The notes below the pieces were generated by a model, which had not been told where the DNA came from, ran no database searches, and saw nothing but the letters and a program-made list of their open reading frames with translations. Positions 53,601-64,000 of a stretch of 64,000 bases of DNA are shown piece by piece; positions within the stretch are counted from its first letter, which is position 1, and each line of letters starts with the position of its first letter. The position numbers and the translations under genes were made by a program. Location of the stretch: NCBI RefSeq assembly GCF_006345805.1, contig NC_043015.1, positions 17,174,001-17,238,000 of the forward strand, in the 5' to 3' direction. This DNA is from Octopus sinensis (Eukaryota).

Positions 53601-54126
53601 AAGCGGCCGAGTAGGTTGGCGAGGCTCTTGCACCCTCCCCCTCTCCTATCAGACGCTCCCCTGCCCACCCGATCGAAACGTTCGTCTAAGACAGCGTTCC
53701 AATCCCCAACTAGTACTAGAGTGCGTGACGTTCCCAGGAAAACTTCCAGACGTTTGAAATAATCCGACTGCCCTGCTCCTGTCGGAGCGTAGGCAGCCAG
53801 CAGTCTGAAAGCACCGCCGTCACTACCGTCGACGTCGAGGACCACCAACTTACCTTCCGGATCCAAGAAGACTGTCCTTATTTTCAGGTCCAGGCCCTTC
53901 CGAAACAACACCGCAGTACCACCACCGCCCGCTCCCGCCGACACGGAGATAGAAATATCTCGTATCCGCCGAAAAGGGCTGCGAGTTCCTGCGGGTGGGA
54001 GAGCCTGGTTTCACTGATGGCTGCTACATCCACATCATGAAACCTCAGGTCGTTTAACAGGTGACCCTGTTTCCAAGGTGACCCGAGGCCTCTCACATTC
54101 AAGCAACCGATTCTAAGATTTGCCAT
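50693..54126 (-). CDS. Tx1 ORF2: APE endonuclease + reverse transcriptase + C-terminal zinc motif (one frameshift near 53935)
   Basis: ATG at 54126 (LNVRGL, ISET), GDWN, YLDRV, TDHKLV, QGCPLS, YADD, CPRC...H...C; about 1144 aa if one base is restored. Confidence 0.9.
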
Positions 54127-54323
54127 GTTTCAAAAGTTAGGGGAAAAAAAAGGAGAAAAAAGGCTCTACTTACTGTTGTTGGTGGTGGGGGTGGCTCCCT
54201 TGTGCTTTTGCACGGGTGCTTCAATAATATTTTTGTAAAGTTTCTGAGAGAAACTTTTCCCTAACGATCCCACATCGTTAGGGAATATTTGTTTTATTTC
54301 GTTGTAAACTGTTTTGTTTATTT

Positions 54324-56036
54324 TTATTGTGAGAATGTGTGCTGGTGGTGTGTGTGTGTAGGTATTATGAAATCTGTAATGTTTGTGCTTGTTTTGTTTT
54401 TCAAATACTCAACCAGTTCCTGGTTTCTTGTATTCACTGCTGTAATCGTGTCTGTAATTGTGTCTGTGTTTGTTTGTGTCTGTGGTAGTGGCAGTAGTGG
54501 TGTCGAAAGTGTTGTTGTTGTTGTTTGTTGTTGTGAGTGTGTGTTGTTGTTGATGTTGTTGTTGATGTTGGGAAGTACTATTTGTTCGTGTTTCCCCTGT
54601 AAATCTTTTTGTTTTTTCCTCCTTTTCTTTTTTGGAGGCACTATGTTCCATTCTCCTTTGTTGGAATCAGAGCTCGCACAATCCGAGATCTCTTCATCCG
54701 GCAAAGGAATGGTTGAGGGGTTTGCTTCAGTAGCAGGACGAAAAGTTTTTGGTTCCGCCGGTATCGGTGGTGCCGCTGCTCCTGTTACTGTTGATGTCGC
54801 TGCTGTCGACCTTCGAGGTACTGGTGTCGGTGTTGGTTTGGTGGTGGTTGTCGGTGTTGGTTTGGTGGTGGTTGTTGTTGTTGGAGGTGGTGTTGTTCGT
54901 CTTGGTGCTGGTGTTGGTGATGGTGTTGGTGGTGTGGCAGCCTTTGGTGTTTCTTGCTGTTTTTGTTGTTTCTGTTGTTGTTGCTTGTGTTGTTGTTGTT
55001 GTTGTTGTTGTTGCTGCTGCCTCTTGCTGAAAGCCTCCATCCTCTTTTTGTGAATGGGACAGTCCCTCTTTAAGTGGCTTTCGCTGCTGCAGAGAAAACA
55101 TTTTGGCTTTCGCCCCTCCACAGCAACGTTTAGCCTGGTGCCGTCCGGCAAACTTACGAAATCAGGGACTTTACTTATATTGTCTTGCTGAATTTGCGCA
55201 AGAAGCAGCACTCCCATCCCCAACCAGTTTTTCGCCCTCGCTCTCCTGACATCTAGAATGGTGGTAGTGTCCTCTATATCATAGAGGACAGCTGCCACCA
55301 GCCATGACATATCTAGCTCAGGGGGGGCGAGGTCGATTTTTATTTTTGTTACTCTTCGCCCGAGGTGGGTCGGAACTAGTAACAAATTCTCAGTTTGCAA
55401 GGGCGAAATGGCGTTCGCCCTTGCAAGCTCCTCTGTTGGGAAGCGAACCTCCACGGTTCCAAAACGCTTCCCCTTGGTTACGTAGCTCTTTTGGGCCCAA
55501 ATGGGCTTTAGAGCTATCTCCAACTGTTGGGGTGTGGCATTTGTTATTCTTTTTAGTTTTCTGTCGAAAACTTTGTAAATTATTGTTTTCTTGTTGGTGC
55601 TTTCAATCACCTCTTGTGGAGTATTGAGGAAGATGCCATTGCCATCCTTCCTCAACAACTCCTTCGCTCTTTTCACATCTTCTAGAGTTATCTTAACTTC
55701 CTCCGAAATTTGCTTCGCAGCAGAAGCAAAATTGTTGGAAGTTTTTTCTTTTATCTCCGTGTCAATGTTTGTGATGATTTTTGTATTTGTTTTTTTTTCC
55801 TCCTCCTTCCGTACCAAAGCATTGGGTGAAGGCAGAGGGGGAAAATCGAGAATTACGTCGAACGCGACGTCCTGGCTTGCATTCTCCTTTTGAACCGAGC
55901 GCGTGCTCTCCGGTTCGGAAGGAGGATCTTTGTTGCCTTTTAAGGCGTGAAGTGGGTGTTTTGGACGAGTTGTGTGTGTTTGCGGAGGGAATGTATCTTG
56001 AAGGAAGGAACAGCCAACTGTTCGCTTCATAGCCAT
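54324..56036 (-). CDS. Tx1 ORF1 (570 aa) with CCHC zinc knuckle and polyQ/Pro-Thr tail
   Basis: First ATG at 56036 (the track start 56075 is TTG); CFLCSSESHLKRDC; PPKKKRRKK; open throughout. Confidence 0.85.
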   Translation of the reverse strand: MAMKRTVGCSFLQDTFPPQTHTTRPKHPLHALKGNKDPPSEPESTRSVQKENASQDVAFDVILDFPPLPSPNALVRKEEEKKTNTKIITNIDTEIKEKTSNNFASAAKQISEEVKITLEDVKRAKELLRKDGNGIFLNTPQEVIESTNKKTIIYKVFDRKLKRITNATPQQLEIALKPIWAQKSYVTKGKRFGTVEVRFPTEELARANAISPLQTENLLLVPTHLGRRVTKIKIDLAPPELDMSWLVAAVLYDIEDTTTILDVRRARAKNWLGMGVLLLAQIQQDNISKVPDFVSLPDGTRLNVAVEGRKPKCFLCSSESHLKRDCPIHKKRMEAFSKRQQQQQQQQQQHKQQQQKQQKQQETPKAATPPTPSPTPAPRRTTPPPTTTTTTKPTPTTTTKPTPTPVPRRSTAATSTVTGAAAPPIPAEPKTFRPATEANPSTIPLPDEEISDCASSDSNKGEWNIVPPKKKRRKKQKDLQGKHEQIVLPNINNNINNNTHSQQQTTTTTLSTPLLPLPQTQTNTDTITDTITAVNTRNQELVEYLKNKTSTNITDFIIPTHTHHQHTFSQ

Positions 56037-56266
56037 GTTTTTTGTTGTAATATTCAAAATGTTGAAAAATGTCAAATGTTCAAAATTTTAAAACGTAATT
56101 TCACCCCGAATGGGGCAAAATTTCGCCCAACCGACGAGCTCCGCAAGAAGCCGGTCGGTTTGGCTACAAAAATATTAAAAAATATTCAAACCTATCAATA
56201 GATTTCCAATGAAATTGGTGTCAAATTCACGGAGCTGATTCACGTACGTCCATCGGCGTCGGAAGG

Positions 56267-56397
<131 letters not shown>

Positions 56398-56399
56398 TT

Positions 56400-56938
56400 A
56401 ATCCTTTCTAATATAGGCACAAGGCCTAAAATTTTGGAGGAGAGGACCATTCGATTACATCGACCTCAGTGTTCAACTGGTACACATTTTATCGATACCG
56501 AAAAGGTGAAAGGCAAAGTCGACCTCGGCGGAATTTTTAAAATAATAATAATAATTCTTTCTACTTGAAGCACAAGGCCTCAAATTTAGAGGAAGGCATT
56601 AAATCGATTGCACTGATCCCAGTGTTTCACTAGTAGTTAATTTATTGACCTTGAAAGGATGAAAGGCAAAGTCGACCACGGCGGAATTTGAAGTCAGAAT
56701 GTAGTGGCAGACGAAATACCTATTTCTTTACTACCCACAAGGGGCTAAACACAGAGGGGACAAACAAGGACAGACAAACGGATTAAGTCGATTACATCGA
56801 CCACAGTGCGTAACTGGTACTTAATTTATCGACCCCGAAAGGATGAAAGGCAAAGTCGACCTTGGCGGAATTTGAACTCAGAACGTAGCGCTAAGCATTT
56901 CGCTCGGCGTGCTAACGATTCTGACAGCTTTCTGCCTT
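56400..56938 (-). mobile_element. Composite SINE family A array (head-core-tail1 / core-tail2 / partial core-tail2)
   Basis: Three successive core repeats with two tail types. Confidence 0.8.
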
Positions 56939-56948
56939 TAATAATAAT

Positions 56949-57507
56949 AAATACCCTGATGTTGTACCAGGCAGTGGCTCTCGTGGCTTCTGATCTTAAC
57001 TGATTGGAAGTGTTATCTTGTACATTGTTTTGGCTTGGTATAAAAAATGGGCTACAGCAAATATTCTGCTCAATACCACAGATTTGCTTGTCAATTGTTT
57101 GACCTTAACCAGTTGACCATGTCCCTTAGTGGCTGACGATATGTGCATCTCTGATCACGAGCAGAAGTAATGGGGTAGCATCATAGCTGTGTGTTGAAAG
57201 GAATTCCTAGAGGTTTGGATAATTCACCTCTGGAAACATGGGTGTTTCGTTCAACATCCTTAAACAACCCTTATTCAGGGACCGTTTGAGCGGCATGGGT
57301 TACTCGACCAGAAGAAAATTCTAACTGGGCCCCACCTGCAAGGTCATGCGCTGTTTATCTTGATATGAGATCACCATGTCACGCACATATGGTTGTGATG
57401 CATGTGTCTACTGTACCCTTATCAGACGGGTAGTCATGATGGGTATCCGGGGCTTTGAATGATTTACCCCAGTATCACTTGGATGGCATGCACTGCTCTC
57501 TCACTCA
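56949..57507 (-). mobile_element. About 560-bp non-coding element bounded by (ATT)n at both ends
   Basis: Starts tgagtgagagagcagtgcatg and ends catcagggtattt(att)n; second partial copy at 39716. Confidence 0.75.
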
Positions 57508-57559
57508 ATAATAATAACAATGATAATAATGATGATGATGATGATGATGATGATGATAG

Positions 57560-58449
57560 CAAACAAGCTGATGTCGACCAGAAACACTCGCATCAATGGT
57601 TACGAAGCTCAGAGCTAAAAGCAGAGAGTGAAGGTTTCATATTGGCTGCTCAAGACCAAAGCTTATTAACCCGGAACTACATAGCCAATGTGATAAAAAA
57701 TAGAACTGACCCAAAATGACGATTCTGTAACGATGAGATTGAAACTATAGATCGCATTATTTCAGGGTGTATAGTCTTAGCACCTGTAGAATATAAAGCA
57801 AGATATGACAGAGTCAGCCTGTATTTACACAGGACATGTCGGCATTATAAAATCAAAACCGCTGACAAATCTTATAAACACCATCCTGAAGCTGTGACTG
57901 AGGGAGAAAATGTGTCGATTCTCTGGGACTTCCCCATACATACCGACAAAACTATAAAAGCTAATAAACCGGATATTATTATAAAAGATCAGACAAAAAA
58001 GGTGTGTTTATTAATTGACATGAGTATTCCTTGCGATCACAATATAGCGGCGAAAGAATTTGACAAGATCAGTAAATATAAAGACTTGGTAATAGAAATC
58101 GAAAAAATGTGTCATCTCAAGGTGACTACAGTACCAGTGATTGTAGTATCTCTAGGAATGATAAAAAAAAAAGGTACTGAAACCTATTTGAAAATGATAC
58201 TATTTGAAAACATCCCTACAAGAAGTGCAAAAAATCGTGTTAACTGGAGCGACTCATGTATTGAGAAGAACATTATCGCTGTGAAAACAACATCCATTCA
58301 TGAATTTATTTATTTTTTAATATTTTTAAATTCATATTTTACCTGTGAATTTGCATGTGTAATCTGGGAATGCATACAATCAGCTTCTCTGCCCAACGTG
58401 TACGGAAAACACTCGGCGAGAAATGGAAGAAAATTTGAAGAAAGGAAGA

Positions 58450-58450
<1 letters not shown>
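57560..58450 (+). mobile_element. Decayed R4/Dong-like LINE 3' fragment
   Basis: LKAESEGFILAAQDQ, ILWDFPIHTD, NKPDII, LIDMS; ends in (AAT)n. Confidence 0.85.
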
Positions 58451-58504
<54 letters not shown>

Positions 58505-61352
58505 GTAATAAGATCTGACATTGAATATTTGAAAAACCTTAAGGTTGACAAGACTACCAAACCTACAAAAACCCCAAAATTAATGAAAAAATATAATATG
58601 AAGACTATACTTGATATTGATGCCACCATAGAAACCATCAAGCAAAAGGTATCTGCTAAACCTGCCCGCATAGCGAGGTATGAAAAGCATGTTAGATTCT
58701 TCAAGGACAACAACATGTTAAAAAATAACCCCTAAATTTTTTACAGGAAGATAGGAAAAACACCAGTTACTGTAAAGCCTGTACCATCAAAAGAAGAAGT
58801 GCAGGGATTTTGGAATAAAATTTGGGCAGAAGAAAAAACACACAACGAAAAGGCCCCCTAGATTGATAGAATATCTACAGAACTGGACTCCTTAGTAAAG
58901 CAAAAGTGGGAGGGTGTCAAGGTAGAAGATATAAGATCTGCTCTCAGGAGGTCAAGCAAATGGAAGTCTCCAGGAAAGGATAAAATTCCTAACTTCTGGT
59001 TGAATACCTTCCCAGAGAGCCATGAACTGCTAACAGAACTTTACAATGATGTTTTGCAACACCCTAGTAGGATGCCTCATCGGCTAGTTAATGGGTTAAC
59101 ATTCCTGCTTCCAAAAAGTGAAGAAACAAATGAACCAAAAAACTATAGACCCATAACCTGCTTAACAACTATGTATAAAACGCTAACATCTGTCCTGACG
59201 GAATATACCTATAGTTATTTAACAGACAGCAGCATATTCCCTAATGAACAGAAAGGATGTAAACGTGGATCCTACAGTTGTAAAGATCAACTACTCATCA
59301 ATAAGATGATCTTAGAAGATTGTCACAAACGACACAAAAACTTATCAATAGCCTGGATAGACTATAAAAAGGATTTTGTTATCCTACCACATAGCTGGAT
59401 TAAGAAATGCCTGGAAATGTATAAAATAGCACCTACTCTGCGAAACTTTTTGTCTGTAAGTATGAGATCATGGAGAACCACACTAACTTTGAACAGTGAC
59501 AATGAATCTCTAAATGCTGGTGATGTAAAAATTTCATGTGGCATTTTCCAGGGTGACTCACTATCACCACTCTTCTTTTGTTTAGCCTTAATACCTCTCT
59601 CAAAATTGCTCAATGACGCGCAGTACGGATATAAAATGTTTGATAAAAATATAAATCATCTCATTTACATGGATGATTTAAAGCTCTTTGCAAAAAATGA
59701 CCAACAACTCAAGGGCTTACTAGCGATTGTTAAACAATTCAGTGATGACATCAGAATGCAATTTGGCCTCGATAAATGTGCAAAAGCTACCTTTATCAAA
59801 GGAAAAATGATAGAAACATCTAACGTTAACCTTGACCAGCAGAATGTCATAAAAGAATTAGACCCAGCGGAGAGCTACAATTACCTAGGGGTAATTGAAG
59901 GGGACGGAATAAGGCATTCAATGATGAAGGAAAGGATCAGGAGAGAATGTTATCGCAGAGTAAGAGCAATACTCAAGACAGAGCTGAATGCGAGAAACAG
60001 GATCGAAGCGATCAATGCTTTAGCCATACCAGTCGTGACTTACAGTTTCAATATTGTTAACTGGTCAATTACTGAAATATGTAATCTTGACAGAAAAATA
60101 CGAAAACTGTTGACAATGCATAGAATGCACCACCCTAAGGCAGATACAGAACGACTTTATCTGCCAAGAAAAGAGGGAAGCCGTGGACTTTTACAACTGG
60201 CAATAACAATGAAGATTGCTACAATTGGCCTAGACACCTACCTGAAAAACTCCGAGGACTGGATGTTAAAACTTGTCTCAAAACATGAAAACAAGAAAGC
60301 ATCATACTCAGTAACAAAACAGGCAAAGGAATATCTAAGTGAATTCCGAATACAACAAATTTCGGAATTAGACATACAAGAAACAAGCACAGAAAAAGTT
60401 AAACGCATGAAAACCCGTACTAAAGCTGCGGCCTTAGATATTCTGAATGATAAATGTCAAGAAAAACCTCTCTATGGCAAATACCCAAAGAGAGCGAATA
60501 ATGCAGATGTTGACAAGCCCTGACCCATCAATGGCTAATGGCCTCTGGCTTAAAATCTGAAACAGAAGGGTTTATCATAGCAGCTCAAGATCAATGCCTA
60601 CCAACAAGAAACTACCGGGCCAACATATTAAAGAACGGCAGTAGGCCAACATGTCGTGTATGTCAACAACAAAATGAAACCATTGATCATGTTGTCTCCA
60701 AGTGCAGTCTTCTAGCGCCTACAGAGTATCTCAACAGGCATGATAGAGCTGCACAATATATTCACTGGGTAATTTGCAAAGACTTGGATTTGCCCCATGA
60801 AAAAAACTGGTGGGAACACAAACCACCTCCAGTGCTTGAAAATGACCACATCTCACTCCTCTGGAACTTCACCATTCAAACTGACAGAAAGATAGATGCA
60901 AATAGGCCAGACATTATTTTGAAAGACTTCAGACAAAGAACATGCCTCCTCATTGATATGACTGTCCCAATCGATATAAACGTATCTGTCAAGACCTACC
61001 AAAAACTGAGCAAATATAAAGATCTTGAAATAGAAATAAGCAAAATGTGGAACCTGAAGACTAAAACAATACCTGTTGTCATAGGTGCCCTGGGAATGAT
61101 AGCAAAAGGGGCTGATTGCTACCTAACTCAGATACCAGGAAACCCCCAAAATGGCAGAAATTCAAAAGATAGTGCTCATGGGAACTGTTCATATCCTACA
61201 CAAAATACTTTCTATGTAATCTCAAGGTTTAAAACAAACAATTTTCGTTTTTTTTAATTTATATATTTATTATTTTTTTTTTTAGACATTCACTAGTACA
61301 ACACCAAAAAACCCCAAATATATGGCACACTAGGCATAACAACAACATGAAC
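58505..61352 (+). mobile_element. 5'-truncated R4/Dong-like LINE with nearly intact RT-CCHC-RLE
   Basis: [29 protein letters not shown]...DH...C, RPDII; stops near 58733 and 58859, frameshifts near 60518 and 61145. Confidence 0.92.
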
Positions 61353-63950
61353 CTCACCGTCACAGAACTAAAAGTCACAGAAACAAATGTCAATATGACA
61401 AGGCTAAATGATATGATATATGCAGCAGCTTCTGTGGCCACAAAAGAAGCTGGATATCCTCACAAACCCATCCAAACTGAAGTATCACCACCCAAACAAA
61501 CCCTGTGGATAAATAATATCCAGAAAAAAGAAAATAAAAGAAACGATTTGTCATTCCTCAATGAAACTAGTAGACAGTCAACAATACTAAGCAACAAGAA
61601 GAGAAGAAAAAAATTACATTAATACAAAATTACAGAACATGGTATACCTGAGGTAAAAGAACAGCTAAAGCAAGATATCCTCGCCGAAGCACAAAGAATC
61701 CGACGGTATGAGAAACACCAACGTTTCTTTGAACAAAACAAATAGTTCAACCCCAAAAGATTCTACAAAGAACTTGGCAAAAATAAAATAGAAATCAATG
61801 CAGCACCAACAGCAGAAGAAGTGGAAGAGTTTTGGAAAGAAATATGATCGGCGAAGGAACAACCTCAGAAAAGATCTATCTAAATAACAAACACAGCACC
61901 TGAACAACTCTGGACTCCTATAACAACTGAAGAGGTCACCCGGGCACTGCAAAAACTAAGCAGCTAGAAGGCAACCGAGCACAAGATCACCTACTTTTGG
62001 TTAACATATCTAACAAGAATACATAAAACCATGGCTGAAAAATTTAACTAAATACTAGCAGAGCCAGGGACAATGACTGAATGGCTCACGGAAGGGAAAA
62101 TTATCCTAATTCCCAAATCCACTGAATCGGCAAACTCACAAAATTACAGACCGATAATTTGTCTCCCTACAATTTACAAAGCTATTACTGCAATGATATC
62201 GCAGAAAATGGGCAAACATCTGGGAGAAAACAACCTATTTCCAGAAGAGTAAAGCCATAACAAAAGAAGCTTTTGACAGTATTCCTCACACATGGATCCT
62301 AGAAACAAGGTAGCACCAATAATCACAAAATATACAAAACATTCCATGAATACATGGCAAACAGTGCTACAGCTCCAAAGAAAAGAGGGACTGATAAAAA
62401 CCAAAGTCATCCCCATTAGAAGAGGAATATTCCAGAGAGACACGCTCTCTCCACTCCTTTTCTGCTTGGCACTGACATCTTTACCTGTCTTGCTAAACAA
62501 AATTTGATGTGTATATACAAATGTTGTGGCAATACAATGAACCTTCTCTTATATGTGGATAATCTAAAACTGTACGCTACAAATGATAACGAGCTAGAAA
62601 CATTACTACAGACAGTACATGGATTTAACAAAGAAATAAACATGAAATTTGGTTAAGAAAAATGTGCCAAAGCAACCTTCAAAAGAGGAAAACTAGTTAA
62701 CAGTAACAACATCCCACTAGACAAAACAAATTAAATAAGAGTATTAAGCCAAAGCCAGACATACTTAGAAATTAACGAACTAGATACGACACAGCATACA
62801 CAAATGAAAGAGAATTTAAGAAAGGAATACTATAGACGAGCTAGATTAATACTGAAAACCGAGCTCAATGCGAAAAACAAGATAATAGGTATCATCTACA
62901 ATATTCTTCACGGGACTCTAAATGAACTAATCAAAATAAGCTAGAAAACAAGAAAAATAATGACTGGATCTAGGATACACCACCCAAATAGAAAGGCTAT
63001 ATATACAACGCATCGTAGATGGCAGAGGTCTTATACGTAGATGGCAGATGTATTTAAGGAAGCTGACAAATACAAAAAAGAAGTCATAGTACCTAACATC
63101 TACGAGAAAAAAAAAAGAAACAACAAAAGCTGTAAAACAACTGAAATCCAAACTAAAACTAGAACAGCAACGTATCAAGATAAAACGATGGCAAGGTTAA
63201 GCTAAACAGAAAAGAAATAGATAAATCAAAAGCCCAACAATGGCTGAGAAACGCAGGACTCAAAGTAGAGACTGTAGGATTTTTAATTGCAGCACAAAAT
63301 CAACGCATTCCCACCAGAAATCACCAAAAATACACAATGAAAAGAAATACAAGTAAATGTAGAATATGTGGTGATGGATAAGGCGGCGAGCTGGCAGAAT
63401 CTTTAGCACGCCGGGCGAAATGCTTAGCGGTATTTCGTCTGCCGTTACGTCCTGAGTTCAAATTCCACCGAGGTTGACTTTGCTTTTTCATCCTTTCGGG
63501 GTCAGTAAATTAAGTACCAGTTACGCACTGGAGTTGATATAATCGACTTGATCCGTTTGTCTGTACTTGTTTGTCCTCTCTATGTTTAGCCCCTTGTGGG
63601 TAGTAAAGAAATAGATATTTCGCCTGTCTTTACGTCCTGAGTTCAAATTCCGCCGAGGTCGATTTTGCCTTTCATCCTTTCGGGGTTGATAGATTAAGTA
63701 CAAGTTGGATACTGGAGTAGATCTAATCGACTGGCCTCCTCCCCCAAAATTTCGGGCTATGTGCCTCGAGTAGAAAATATGTGGTGATGGAGAAGAAAGA
63801 ATAAATTATATTATCTTTGGCTGCCTAGTCCTGGCTAAGAAGGAACATATTCACAGACACGACAAAGTTGGGACCTATATATACTGGAAGCTGTACCAAC
63901 ACTATGGAATAACGACAGAAAAAAGATGGTATGAATACACCCCAGAAAAG
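61353..63950 (+). mobile_element. Decayed R4/Dong-like LINE of another family, interrupted by a SINE
   Basis: NYRPIICL, GIFQRDTLSPL, YVDNLKL; CRICGDG...RHDKVGTYI.W is split by the SINE at 63379. Confidence 0.85.
63379..63775 (+). mobile_element. Composite SINE family A with 16-bp TSD
   Basis: AATATGTGGTGATGGA at 63363-63378 and 63776-63791. Confidence 0.9.
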
Positions 63951-64000
63951 AAGAAGGAAGAGTCGCAGCAGCAGCGGTACAAATTGGGTCTATTTCATCC

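Larger units (their letters stand above)
50410..56266 (-). mobile_element. Full-length Tx1/L1-clade non-LTR retrotransposon (5857 bp)
   Basis: 230-nt 5' UTR, ORF1, 197-nt spacer, ORF2 (APE-RT-zinc motif) and 3' UTR with AATAAA; (AAT)n on both sides. Confidence 0.92.

Noticed and set aside
53930-53990. Programmed -1 frameshift at the Tx1 ORF2 N-terminus
   Set aside because: The nearby C_CTT_TTC is not a canonical X_XXY_YYZ site in frame; a one-base loss or sequencing error in CGG-CGG-GAG is the simpler explanation.
57380-57500. HDV-like ribozyme at the 5' end of the orphan element
   Set aside because: A P1-like helix with a G.U start exists, but no P3/L3 precedes it and no GG for P1.1 follows it.

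Overview
A eukaryotic, AT-rich window saturated with microsatellites and transposable elements. The SINE and LINE families and the repeat density suggest an octopus (coleoid cephalopod); this is inference from family recognition, not a database match. Nearly all long ORFs in the supplied track that are rich in H/T/Y/I/C/V are microsatellite artefacts. The real coding content is transposon-derived: a near-intact 5.86-kb Tx1/L1-clade LINE (50410-56266, minus) flanked by (AAT)n on both sides, plus a decayed relative; at least six R4/Dong-type RT-RLE LINE copies, mostly at (AAT)n; two Neptune-like Penelope elements (RT + GIY-YIG) and further Penelope remnants; several minimal hammerhead ribozyme motifs; a Helitron PIF1-helicase remnant and a complete non-autonomous Helitron; a Gypsy-like remnant; RTE and CR1 fragments; mariner and maT remnants; MITEs; and three tRNA-head SINE families. 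One candidate host first coding exon lies at 26824-26934 (minus), which would make 1-26823 intronic. There is a 100-N gap at 21754-21853. The most interesting signals are (i) an apparently (ATT)n-targeting Tx1 LINE whose 3' end is shared with a composite SINE that uses the same target strand, while most Dong LINEs use the opposite strand of the same microsatellite, and (ii) Penelope 3' modules carrying a variant-core hammerhead, arranged as a tail-to-tail inverted pair. Coordinates of decayed elements are approximate (tens of bases).
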